The translations under genes were made by a program, and so were the position numbers. A model generated the notes under the pieces. That model made no database searches, had not been told where the DNA came from, and saw only the letters and a program-made list of their open reading frames with translations. A DNA stretch of 64,000 bases from a virus: positions 12,235-76,234 of IMG/VR virus record IMGVR_UViG_3300008954_003312; one strand, written 5' to 3'. This document shows positions 41,542 to 51,069 of this stretch, one piece after another (positions within the stretch are counted from its first letter, which is position 1; each line of letters starts with the position of its first letter).

Positions 41542-42807
41542 TTGGGTACCTATAAATCTATAAGCGCAGCTGATATTAAGACAAGCAGATCTTCTTTAAA
41601 TCAGCTTGTTGATATTATTCAAGAGGACATTTCAGGCTCTGTAACAAGAAAGACATTTCAGGTTTTTGTCACAGGAGGTGTCGCCTCCTGTCCCGGTGTG
41701 ACGTCTTCTCAGTACCACACTGTCTTTGATCAAAATTACAGTTTCCAGACTGCTAATGAAATTTGTGACATGACTATCGGACTTTGGGAATCTGGGTCTA
41801 CAGTCGCGAGCTGTAGCACAGGAGAAGATAGCGCCGGTAAGCTTCTATTCACATCAGAGACGCTGATGATGAGAGAAAAAGTGGACCTCTACAGGCAATA
41901 CTCTCAGACTCTCTTAGGCTCTGACACTGTTTTCCAGATTCCGTATAAGGGAAGCAGTCAGAAGAATATCGATAATGCAATGTTTATTAACTTTAAGAGA
42001 CTTTTTGCTCGAGATGCTATTAAGAAAGAGACATTTGCTATGCGAATGTATGCCACAGCGGTCATTGATTTTAATGACACGACAACAAGAGGGGGTAGCA
42101 CAGCAGGAACACCTTATTCAAATCTCGATAGAACCACAACTACAGGCAGCAAGATCTGGACAGATGTAGGTGCTTCAAGCTTGACACATGTAGCCTATGG
42201 TGGCACAGTTGCAAATATTGTTGACTCTGCAGATACAAGCAACTATGGCGGACTGATATTCTATGATCAGGGAATAATTGTCATGGATCTTGAAAGGTGC
42301 ATATCAGGATCTCAGCATGTTTCAGGTGTTATAAGCAGCATGTCTCCTAATTCTCGTGCTGATGCAGCAGCAGGTCAATCTATAATTGGAAGCGGGACAT
42401 CTGACACAGCTACAGATCCAAACTACAGGGCTACATTTATTCCCTCGCTTATGAGATGTGGATCAATAGACGATATTGTTAATCATCTTGCATCTTGTAG
42501 ATTCCAGTCAGGGTCTTTAACAGCCATAACATTTCAAAATGTTACAGAGATCAACTCTACGCTGATATTCTGTCGTGCAACAGCAGATGAGTTTAATTAC
42601 TCAGGAAATCCAACATTTACTGATGCTGATGATAGGCTAGTTGTAATTGATACCGGGGAAGAAAGCACACAGAGAACATTTAGCTTTATTACCTCTGTAG
42701 GTCTTTATGATAATAATAATAACCTGCTAGCTGTCGCAAAGCTGTCTAGGCCAGTTCAGAAAAGCGATGAGAAGGATCTGACAGTCAGAATCAGGCTAGA
42801 CTTCTAA
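41542..42807 (+). CDS. Putative baseplate/tail-fibre attachment protein
   Basis: C-terminal ITSVGLYDNNNNLLAVAKLSRP...RLDF; TTG start after GGAG. Confidence 0.55.
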   Translation: MGTYKSISAADIKTSRSSLNQLVDIIQEDISGSVTRKTFQVFVTGGVASCPGVTSSQYHTVFDQNYSFQTANEICDMTIGLWESGSTVASCSTGEDSAGKLLFTSETLMMREKVDLYRQYSQTLLGSDTVFQIPYKGSSQKNIDNAMFINFKRLFARDAIKKETFAMRMYATAVIDFNDTTTRGGSTAGTPYSNLDRTTTTGSKIWTDVGASSLTHVAYGGTVANIVDSADTSNYGGLIFYDQGIIVMDLERCISGSQHVSGVISSMSPNSRADAAAGQSIIGSGTSDTATDPNYRATFIPSLMRCGSIDDIVNHLASCRFQSGSLTAITFQNVTEINSTLIFCRATADEFNYSGNPTFTDADDRLVVIDTGEESTQRTFSFITSVGLYDNNNNLLAVAKLSRPVQKSDEKDLTVRIRLDF

Positions 42808-42817
42808 AGGAGACATC

Positions 42818-45595
42818 ATGTCTCTAATAAAGATCTTACCAGAATATCTTGAGACCTTTACCCTAACACTACACCCTAACAGGAGGTTTGTTTCTTCTTC
42901 TGCGGAGGGTGTAACGACTGGTTCACTGTCGCTATCAGCGAGACCTAGCACATCTGTAAAGAGCATAGTTAAGATGTCAACCGGATCTGACACGTCTGGC
43001 TTTGAGGGCTCAGTCTTTGATTTATCAAACTACTACCCTAGCAATATACTCGAAAGTGTAAATAGGGATTATTTAGATAATTACAGAGACTCATCGTGGG
43101 ATGGAACAGCTAGCTATACATCTAATATGGTCGCATATTTATCAGGTGTTCATGAGACGACTGGGTCTCATAGAAACGCTAGGACATTTGAAATCACTAG
43201 ATTTGATGCTCCTTTTGAACTATCTAAAGAGAATGGTGTTAAGAACTTTGTTAGAAACGGTCTAATGTCATCATATAGATCAAGATATACCGGTTGTGAC
43301 TTTACCTATACAAATTATAGCTCATTAAACTTTTTTACCTCTTCTGACGTTCCTTCAGGCTCAGCACTAATTTATCCAAACTTTAGCGGTGCAACACCAG
43401 GTCTTCTTCCCGTTGGAAGCAGTGAAGTTGCCGAGAGGGGTTACGGTCTTCAGCAACCCAGGCCTTACACACCCTATAAGGGATTTACTCTTCAGTTTTA
43501 CATAAATCCAAGGTATACAACTGATGATCCAGTTCAGCACGGAGGGGCTAGCAGCCCGACTTCAGGAAGTGTCTTTAGAGCTGGAACTATTATGCACCTA
43601 TCTTCAACTTTTGCTGTCTCTCTTGTGACTGGGAGTGGAGTTGATGAAAGCGGATATCCCAATGGATACCGAATCATGCTTCAGTTAAGTCATAGTTGTG
43701 ACACTAAGCCCTCTGATGTTGATCTAAGCATAACAAACAGCAGAAGAGATGTTCCAAATGATCTGATCTTTCTATCAGATGATAATGTCCTGACAAGAAA
43801 TCACTGGCATCATGTCTCTATACGATGGGATGCTGCGACTAATAATAGAGGCACAGGATCTTTTTATGTGGACGGATCAGAGAGAGGCAGCTTTGCTGTT
43901 CAGTCTGCTTCAATTGCTGCAACAGAACCGTTTAAGTCTCGACCTAGCGGAAATGATCCAAGGATTACATGGGGATCAGATGCTCTTGTGATTGGAAACT
44001 TTTTTGAGGGATCACACATCGGTCAGCTTTTTAACGGACCTGCTACTGGTAGTGAGGGATGTGCGAGAAAGGTTTTTTCTGATGGAGCCGACAATCCCTA
44101 TCACAGCAGCATTGATCCTGCTGTGGGATTCCATCACCCATTAAATGCTGAGATCCACGAGGTGCAGATCTGGAAGAGGTCCCTGGCAAATGACGAGGTA
44201 AGCACTTTAATGAAAAAAGGTGTCGGATCTATAGACGCACCGTGGTCTGAGAATAACTTTTCAACAAATAAAGCCTCTCTCATAGCTCATAATGATCTTT
44301 GCTTTTATCTTCCTCCTTTCTTTGTCAAGGAGTCCAATCCCAGAAAAGTTACTGCGACACCTTTCCTATTTTCTGAAGGGACAAACGGATTTTCTGCTGT
44401 AGACCTCGACGGCGGCCAGACTCTGGGAACATTCTCTTCTACAACTACTTCACAGACAGATACACCATTTCATCTAACAGCATCACTTTCTGTTGGAGGA
44501 CACATTGTTAGTCTTGAGAACTATGTTAGAGACTTTGTTACCGGGTACTATCCTAGACTTTTTCACCTAACAGCAACTATTATTGACACAGCTGGATTTA
44601 CAGCTAGCCCTAGCAGTTATATCAAGCTAGATCCCGACGGAGAAAAGTGGAGTGCTAATAGATATTTTTATTCTCAGATGTTTGGAGCATCTGGGTCCCA
44701 GATAGCAAAGAGAAATTTAACTATCTTGCCAAACGATAATGGAAAGTTTCAACCTAACTTTGATCTTCTTGAAACTGGATCCGGCTATGGTCTTTCTAAT
44801 GAACCTGACAGCATCTTTAAGACTTCACTGGGTGCAATTGATAGATCGATTGTAAGTCTCAATGAGATGATATTGACAGGTGCCCTGGGCACTCCGCCTC
44901 TTCCTGGTGATTTTGATGTTGATGACAAGAGCTTTATGACAGACATCTGCGGAGCAGCTCCCTCTTCTGGCTCAACAATAACCCCTCCTGATTCTTGTAA
45001 CATTAGTAGAAATTACATACATTATTTCTCTGTCTATAATCAAATAAGAGATCCTAGTTCTAATCAGCTTACATTTTTTAATATTCCAAATCTGTACTAT
45101 GGTCAAAGAATATTGCCTGAAACATTTAAGATAATTGACCCTAGCATGACTGGATCTGGAGGAAAGGTCAAGATCACCCTTAAGGACAATGGAAAAGGGG
45201 GACTCTATAGAGCAGACTGTACAGGATCTCACCCTACTTGGTCAAATGTTGGAAATGTTTTTTATGAAGAGGGCGTTGCGATTATTAAATCTCCAAATCT
45301 TCCCTTGTTTGCAACAGGAGCATTTGAGACATCCTTCCAGGGAGAGCAGAGTACACATGTTTTGACAATCAATGCTCCCTGTGAAACTGGAATGTTTATG
45401 TCATCTTCTAACCCATCGTTCAAAGTTCTATCAGCTTCCCTTGATCCGAATGAATACGACCCTGAGTTTGTATACATTACGGGCTTTAATCTTCATGATG
45501 ATAATCTTAATGTTATTGGAAGGTCAAATCTTGCTCAGCCCTTAATCAAGAGGTCTAGCGATGAATTTCTTTTTAAATTTAAAATGGATTTTTAA
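42818..45595 (+). CDS. Virion protein with LamG-like domain
   Basis: NHWHHVSIRW, FYVDG and IHEVQIWKRSL; C-terminus paralogous to 41542. Confidence 0.6.
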   Translation: MSLIKILPEYLETFTLTLHPNRRFVSSSAEGVTTGSLSLSARPSTSVKSIVKMSTGSDTSGFEGSVFDLSNYYPSNILESVNRDYLDNYRDSSWDGTASYTSNMVAYLSGVHETTGSHRNARTFEITRFDAPFELSKENGVKNFVRNGLMSSYRSRYTGCDFTYTNYSSLNFFTSSDVPSGSALIYPNFSGATPGLLPVGSSEVAERGYGLQQPRPYTPYKGFTLQFYINPRYTTDDPVQHGGASSPTSGSVFRAGTIMHLSSTFAVSLVTGSGVDESGYPNGYRIMLQLSHSCDTKPSDVDLSITNSRRDVPNDLIFLSDDNVLTRNHWHHVSIRWDAATNNRGTGSFYVDGSERGSFAVQSASIAATEPFKSRPSGNDPRITWGSDALVIGNFFEGSHIGQLFNGPATGSEGCARKVFSDGADNPYHSSIDPAVGFHHPLNAEIHEVQIWKRSLANDEVSTLMKKGVGSIDAPWSENNFSTNKASLIAHNDLCFYLPPFFVKESNPRKVTATPFLFSEGTNGFSAVDLDGGQTLGTFSSTTTSQTDTPFHLTASLSVGGHIVSLENYVRDFVTGYYPRLFHLTATIIDTAGFTASPSSYIKLDPDGEKWSANRYFYSQMFGASGSQIAKRNLTILPNDNGKFQPNFDLLETGSGYGLSNEPDSIFKTSLGAIDRSIVSLNEMILTGALGTPPLPGDFDVDDKSFMTDICGAAPSSGSTITPPDSCNISRNYIHYFSVYNQIRDPSSNQLTFFNIPNLYYGQRILPETFKIIDPSMTGSGGKVKITLKDNGKGGLYRADCTGSHPTWSNVGNVFYEEGVAIIKSPNLPLFATGAFETSFQGEQSTHVLTINAPCETGMFMSSSNPSFKVLSASLDPNEYDPEFVYITGFNLHDDNLNVIGRSNLAQPLIKRSSDEFLFKFKMDF

Positions 45596-46137
45596 TGATT
45601 TTAGGGCTGGATATATCTACTAGCTGTACTGGCTGGTGTATTGTTGGACCAAGTGGTAATTTAATTGACATGGATTCGATTGTCTTATCAAAGGATAAGA
45701 CAATATTTAAGAAAGCTCAAAAGGTTAGGAGAGAATTATCCAGGCTGAATATTGAATATGGAATTGAAAAGGTGTGCATTGAGGAAAATTTGCAGGCATT
45801 TAGACCAGGACTCTCTTCTGCAAGGACACTTCTAACCCTTGCGAGATTCAATGGAATCGTGAGCTATCTTGCACAAGAGGAGTTTTACTTTTCTCCAACA
45901 TTTATAAATGTAAACACAGCTAGAAAGGCGCTTGGAATAAAAATTAAAAGAAAAAAAGATGGAGGAAAGCCAACAAAAGACCAGATTATAGAATGGGCAT
46001 CTGGTGAACTAAATAATTTTAAGTGGCCAACAAAGGTTTTAAAAAGCGGACCTCGTAAAGATCAGTGTATTTTGGATCCAGTAAGCTATGACATGGCAGA
46101 TGCATATGTGATTTCAAGAGCGGGATTAATTATTTAA
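45595..46137 (+). CDS. RuvC-like Holliday junction resolvase
   Basis: ILGLDIST, IEE and DMADA acidic catalytic motifs. Confidence 0.8.
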   Translation: MILGLDISTSCTGWCIVGPSGNLIDMDSIVLSKDKTIFKKAQKVRRELSRLNIEYGIEKVCIEENLQAFRPGLSSARTLLTLARFNGIVSYLAQEEFYFSPTFINVNTARKALGIKIKRKKDGGKPTKDQIIEWASGELNNFKWPTKVLKSGPRKDQCILDPVSYDMADAYVISRAGLII

Positions 46138-46168
46138 AAAATATTTAATCTTACAGTATTATTTAGAC

Positions 46169-47125
46169 ATGAAGTCTATAACAGAAAGACTTAGATTTGT
46201 TAGATCAGTTTTTGGAAAATCTCATCTTGCAAATAATGGAGTTGATGTTGCTGTTAGATGCCCAAGCTGTAATAGTAAGTCGAAGAAGAAACTATCTATA
46301 AATCTTGAGACTTGGCAGTATCACTGCTGGGTATGTGGAATAAAGGGAAAGGATTTATCTTTTATTTTAAAAAAGTTTTCTAATCCAGAAGACTTATCAC
46401 TATACAGTTCTGAATTTTTAGATCAAAAAAATACTGATTTAATAGTAGAAGAATCCATTGAAACACCCAGCCTTCCAGATGACTTTATTTTACTTGCTGA
46501 CAATTTAAAAACAAGAGATCCCGATCTTAGATCATGCCTTCTTTACTTAAAGAAAAGAGGGATTACAAAAAAAGACTTATGGTACTTTAAATTAGGTACA
46601 TGCAGATCTGGTACACATCGTAGAAGGGTTATTACTCCATCTTTTGATGCAGATGGATATTTAAATTTTTACTCTTCTAGGACTATCGACGATGGAAGAA
46701 TAAAATATCTAAATTCTAAGTTTGACAAGAGAGACATTGCATTCAATGAGATAAACATTGACTGGAAAAGAGAGTTAACAGTTGTTGAAGGACCATTTGA
46801 TTTATTTAAATGCAATGATAATTCTACTTGTCTGCTTGGTTCAAGTCTAGGTGAGGGTCATTTTCTTTTTAGACGAATTGTTGCCAGCGCAACACCCGTT
46901 TTACTTGCTTTAGATAGTGATATGATTCAAAAATCATTTAAGATTGCTAGACTTTTATCAGAATACGGAAGCCAGGTTAGAATTCTTAACTTAGAGGGAA
47001 ATGAAGATGTTGGTAGCTTGACAAAAGAAGCTTTCTTAAAGCTAAGAGAAAGAGCAGCTCCATACGATAGAAATATTGATTTAATCAGTAGAATTGGATC
47101 ACTTAGAAGTGGATCAATTATCTGA
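46169..47125 (+). CDS. DNA primase (Zn finger plus TOPRIM)
   Basis: CPSC...HCWVC, VVEGPFD and LALDSD motifs. Confidence 0.85.
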   Translation: MKSITERLRFVRSVFGKSHLANNGVDVAVRCPSCNSKSKKKLSINLETWQYHCWVCGIKGKDLSFILKKFSNPEDLSLYSSEFLDQKNTDLIVEESIETPSLPDDFILLADNLKTRDPDLRSCLLYLKKRGITKKDLWYFKLGTCRSGTHRRRVITPSFDADGYLNFYSSRTIDDGRIKYLNSKFDKRDIAFNEINIDWKRELTVVEGPFDLFKCNDNSTCLLGSSLGEGHFLFRRIVASATPVLLALDSDMIQKSFKIARLLSEYGSQVRILNLEGNEDVGSLTKEAFLKLRERAAPYDRNIDLISRIGSLRSGSII

Positions 47126-47236
47126 GATATAATACTTATGACTATAACAGAATTATAAGATTGCAAGAATGAAAAAATGATCTGTTGTACAAATTGCAAT
47201 TTTAGTGTTGAATTAATAGATAGACATGGTTAATAT

Positions 47237-50200
47237 ATGAGAATAATACATCTCGCTGATATTCACTGGCGCGGACTTTCTAGGCACGAAGAATATCGTG
47301 AGTCTTTTTCAAAGTTTTTTAAGATTGCGAGAGAGCTAAATCCAGACGTTATCTATGTTGGCGGTGATATTGTTCATAGCAAGACACAGGGAATATCTCC
47401 AGAGCTGATAGACAGCCTTTCTTGGTGGTTTTCTGGCATGGCACAGATATGTCCAGTTCATGTTATACTTGGAAACCATGATGGGCTGATTCACAACAAG
47501 GGAAGACAGGATGCAATTACACCTATTCTTTCTGCTTTAGACAATTCTAATATCCACCTTTATAAGGAATCAGGAACGTATCCTACTGGCGTTCCAGGAT
47601 TTAATTGGTGCGTTTTTTCTTGTTTTGATGAAGCAGGTTGGAGAAATGTATATCCTGTTAATGATGAAATTAATCTTGCGCTATTTCACGGAGGTGTTCT
47701 GGGGTCGAAAACAGATATTAACTGGGACATCGAGGGTGAAGTTACAGTTGATTTTTTTGATAAATACGATTTTTCTCTCTTAGGTGACATACATAGACTT
47801 CAATATCTAGATGATAGGAAGACAATAGCTTATCCAGGTTCTACAATACAACAAAACTACGGTGAAGATCCTGGTAAGGGATTTTTATTTTGGGAGATAG
47901 AAAGTAAAGATAAGTTTACTAGCAAATTTTATGAAATACCTCATGATAGACCCTTTATTACAGTTGACTGGAAGGGTGATTTAAATAAAACATTGCTAAG
48001 CGCAAAAAAGTATTCTGACAAAACGAGATTTAGAATCAGATCAGAAAATCCAATTTCTCAAGAAGATATACGGTCTCTTCAGAGAGACTTAAAAAGTATT
48101 AAAGACGCCACAGAGGTCGTCTTTAAGTGTGAGAGTAGCTTTGATTCTTCTAGAATAAGAATGAAAAAAGGTGAGATTAAGAAGAGAGATCTCCGTGATG
48201 CTGCTACACAAAAAAGATTAATTCGTGAGTACTATCTTAACAATGAAATATCTGATGATATGCTTTCTGAATTTGATTCACTTGTTGCAAGATACCTTTC
48301 TCAAATAGCTGAGACAGATTCTGTGGTTAGAAATACAAGATGGAATATCAATAAATTGAAATTTGATAACACGTTTGCATACGGAAATAACAATATTATT
48401 AATTTTGATCATCTACCTGGAATAACTGGAATATTTGGAAAGAACGCCAGGGGAAAGTCAGCAATTGTCGGATCTTTGATGTATGGACTTTTTAATACAA
48501 CCGATAGAGGGTCTATTAAAAATATTCATATTATAAACAATAGAAAAGATAGCTGCTGTGTAGAGACAGAGATTACAGTCAATGGAGATAGGCACAAAGT
48601 AGAAAGAAAGACAATAAAGCATCAGACCAGAAAAGGCGAAGTCTATGCTTCTACATCAATGTCTTTTTTAAGGCTGGGTGCAGAAGGTGAAGCTGATAAA
48701 GATCTTTCTGACGAGCAGAGAAGAAAAACAGAAAAAATATTAAAAAGATCAATTGGTTCATCTGAAGATTTTCTAATGACTGCCTTAGCATCTCAGGGTC
48801 AGATGAATACCTTTATTAAAGAAAGGGCAACTTCAAGAAAGATGATTTTATCAAAATTTTTAGACCTAGAGGTCTTTGATAAGATGCATGAAAAAGCCAA
48901 GGAAGATTCATCTGAGCTTAGAAGCCAGATTAGAAATGTTCCTGATATTGACTGGGACGCAAAGATAGATGATTTAAAATTTAAATTAATAAATAAGAAA
49001 AAAGATATTGAGACAACAAATGAAAGACTGGGCTTAATTAGAGAAAAATTACAGCAGATTAAGATTGAGCTTGCTGTTTCTGATAATCCAAATGTAGTGA
49101 CAACATCAGAGATAGAAAGACAAGTGTCCAGCATAGAAGCTCTAAAAGTCAGTCTAGATAGTCTTCTAGAAGAAAAAGAATTATTATTAAAAGATATTAA
49201 TGAAAAGAATGGATTAATTTTAAAGATAAGGCTTGCCAAATCTGACTTTTCAATTGAAGACTTTAAGAAAAAGCTTGAGTTTCACAGAGAGTTAGAGAAG
49301 AAAATACTTTCTATAAGCTATGAATATGAAAAAGAAAAGATCACACTAGATGATCAGAAAAAGTCCATTAAGATACTTTCTGAAGTCCCGTGCGGAGATC
49401 AGTTTCTAAGCTGCAAGTTTATTAAAAATTCTCATAAAAATAAGTCTTTAATAGAAGATCAGAGAAAAAAAGTTAAGTCCCTAGGGAGTGATCTAAGAAA
49501 AAATAGAAGATTTCTAAAAGACATGAATCTAGATGAGATCGAGAAGAGCATGTCTAAGTTTGAAAGTCTAGAGAAAAAGCAAGTTGAATCATCCCTTCAG
49601 GTTTCTAGATTGCGTGTTTTATTGGGAAATAAAGAAAATGAAATAGAGTCTCTTAACAATATGCTAATTACAAGCTCAGAAAGACTTGAGGATATGAATG
49701 CTAGAGTAGTTGATGATGATTCTAAGGATATATCTTCAAAATTAAAATCAAGAATTGTGACTCTAGAATCACAAATAGAAAAATTAGATAAAAATAGAAC
49801 AAGTCAAATTGATAAGATTACCAGAATTAAGGTTGAAATTTCCAGGATAGTAGATCAAAAATCTGAATATGAAAAGATAAAAAATCAACTAAAAATTTAT
49901 GATATGTTTATACAGGCAGTCTCTAAGAAAGGAATTCCTCTACAGATCATGATGTCCCAGCTTCCTATCATTAATTCTGAAATTGAAAAGATATTACAGG
50001 GTGTTGTTGGATTTACAGTATCTCTTGAGGCTGACGATGAATCAAATTCTATGGATGTCTATATAGACTATGGTGATTCTAAGAGAATTATCGAGCTTGC
50101 TTCTGGCATGGAAAAAATGATGGCTTCACTTGCCATCCGCGTTGCATTGATTAATGTTTCAACACTGCCTAAGACAAACATGCTCATTATTGATGAGGGA

Positions 50201-50374
50201 TTTGGTGCTCTAGATGAAAATAACATAGAGGCTTGTGGTCGTCTTCTTATTTCATTAAAAAAGTGGTTTAGAAATATTCTAATAATATCACACGTTGATG
50301 CTATTAAAGATGTTGTTGATAATTCACTTGATATTATAAAAAAAGAAAAGGACTCCTATGTGATCCATGAGTAA
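47237..50374 (+). CDS. Fused SbcD-SbcC (Mre11-Rad50; gp47-gp46-like) nuclease-ATPase
   Basis: HLADIH, GGD, GNHD and LGDIH, followed by GKNARGKS, a long coiled coil, ASGME, LIIDEGFGALD and ISH. Confidence 0.92.
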   Translation: MRIIHLADIHWRGLSRHEEYRESFSKFFKIARELNPDVIYVGGDIVHSKTQGISPELIDSLSWWFSGMAQICPVHVILGNHDGLIHNKGRQDAITPILSALDNSNIHLYKESGTYPTGVPGFNWCVFSCFDEAGWRNVYPVNDEINLALFHGGVLGSKTDINWDIEGEVTVDFFDKYDFSLLGDIHRLQYLDDRKTIAYPGSTIQQNYGEDPGKGFLFWEIESKDKFTSKFYEIPHDRPFITVDWKGDLNKTLLSAKKYSDKTRFRIRSENPISQEDIRSLQRDLKSIKDATEVVFKCESSFDSSRIRMKKGEIKKRDLRDAATQKRLIREYYLNNEISDDMLSEFDSLVARYLSQIAETDSVVRNTRWNINKLKFDNTFAYGNNNIINFDHLPGITGIFGKNARGKSAIVGSLMYGLFNTTDRGSIKNIHIINNRKDSCCVETEITVNGDRHKVERKTIKHQTRKGEVYASTSMSFLRLGAEGEADKDLSDEQRRKTEKILKRSIGSSEDFLMTALASQGQMNTFIKERATSRKMILSKFLDLEVFDKMHEKAKEDSSELRSQIRNVPDIDWDAKIDDLKFKLINKKKDIETTNERLGLIREKLQQIKIELAVSDNPNVVTTSEIERQVSSIEALKVSLDSLLEEKELLLKDINEKNGLILKIRLAKSDFSIEDFKKKLEFHRELEKKILSISYEYEKEKITLDDQKKSIKILSEVPCGDQFLSCKFIKNSHKNKSLIEDQRKKVKSLGSDLRKNRRFLKDMNLDEIEKSMSKFESLEKKQVESSLQVSRLRVLLGNKENEIESLNNMLITSSERLEDMNARVVDDDSKDISSKLKSRIVTLESQIEKLDKNRTSQIDKITRIKVEISRIVDQKSEYEKIKNQLKIYDMFIQAVSKKGIPLQIMMSQLPIINSEIEKILQGVVGFTVSLEADDESNSMDVYIDYGDSKRIIELASGMEKMMASLAIRVALINVSTLPKTNMLIIDEGFGALDENNIEACGRLLISLKKWFRNILIISHVDAIKDVVDNSLDIIKKEKDSYVIHE

Positions 50375-50654
50375 TCATAAAATAGTTGAAGAAAATGAAA
50401 GATTTAATATAGTATCTATTTATTTTAAAAATAGAGACGGATTTGTTCCTGTGTTTTGTCCTGTGTGCAGCTTCTTGATGAGAGGGTCTAGTGATTCTGA
50501 ATCTTATTTTAAATTTAAATGCTGCTTTGATTGCGGAATGAGGTGGGCACAGTCCAGAAAGAGGGAATGGAATGACGGCTGGAGACCCGAAGATGATGAA
50601 ATTCAACAAGAGATTTCTCAAAGGAAGAAAATTCCGCCAGCATTCCATCTATGA
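50367..50654 (+). CDS. Small putative zinc-binding protein
   Basis: CPVC...CCFDC; overlaps the upstream stop codon region. Confidence 0.6.
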   Translation: MSNHKIVEENERFNIVSIYFKNRDGFVPVFCPVCSFLMRGSSDSESYFKFKCCFDCGMRWAQSRKREWNDGWRPEDDEIQQEISQRKKIPPAFHL

Positions 50655-50688
50655 GCGTCATATTTAATATTACTTTTAGGAGTTATTC

Positions 50689-51069
50689 ATGCTTTCTATT
50701 GAAGAAATTAGAGCTATAGGACAAATTTGTGATACAACCTGGGGAAGATATTCGACTGCTTCTTCTCCGACAATGTCGATTAAAGCGACACTTCAGGGTG
50801 ATAAATTAACAATTAGATATCTAACAGTCTGTCATCTTGCATCTGAGAGAGAGCTCAGAGGTCAGGTTGATTCAGTATCAGACGAGTCTATTCAGATTAC
50901 AAATGACTATATGAAAAATTTGAGAAAAGAATTTAAGAGCATATCCGGTCGAGCGATTAAGACAAAGAAGGAGTCAACACAGGACAGTATTGAAATGCTG
51001 ACCACGTCTCCGTACACACCTAGAAAAACAGCGTACTATAGAAGATTTACAACATTTACGATTGAATAA
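50689..51069 (+). CDS. Hypothetical protein upstream of terminase
   Basis: SD AGGAG; TAATG coupling to the terminase gene. Confidence 0.6.
   Translation: MLSIEEIRAIGQICDTTWGRYSTASSPTMSIKATLQGDKLTIRYLTVCHLASERELRGQVDSVSDESIQITNDYMKNLRKEFKSISGRAIKTKKESTQDSIEMLTTSPYTPRKTAYYRRFTTFTIE

Noticed and set aside
17198-45595. Bacterial contractile injection system or tailocin
   Set aside because: Terminase, portal, capsid and replication genes are contiguous, indicating a true phage.
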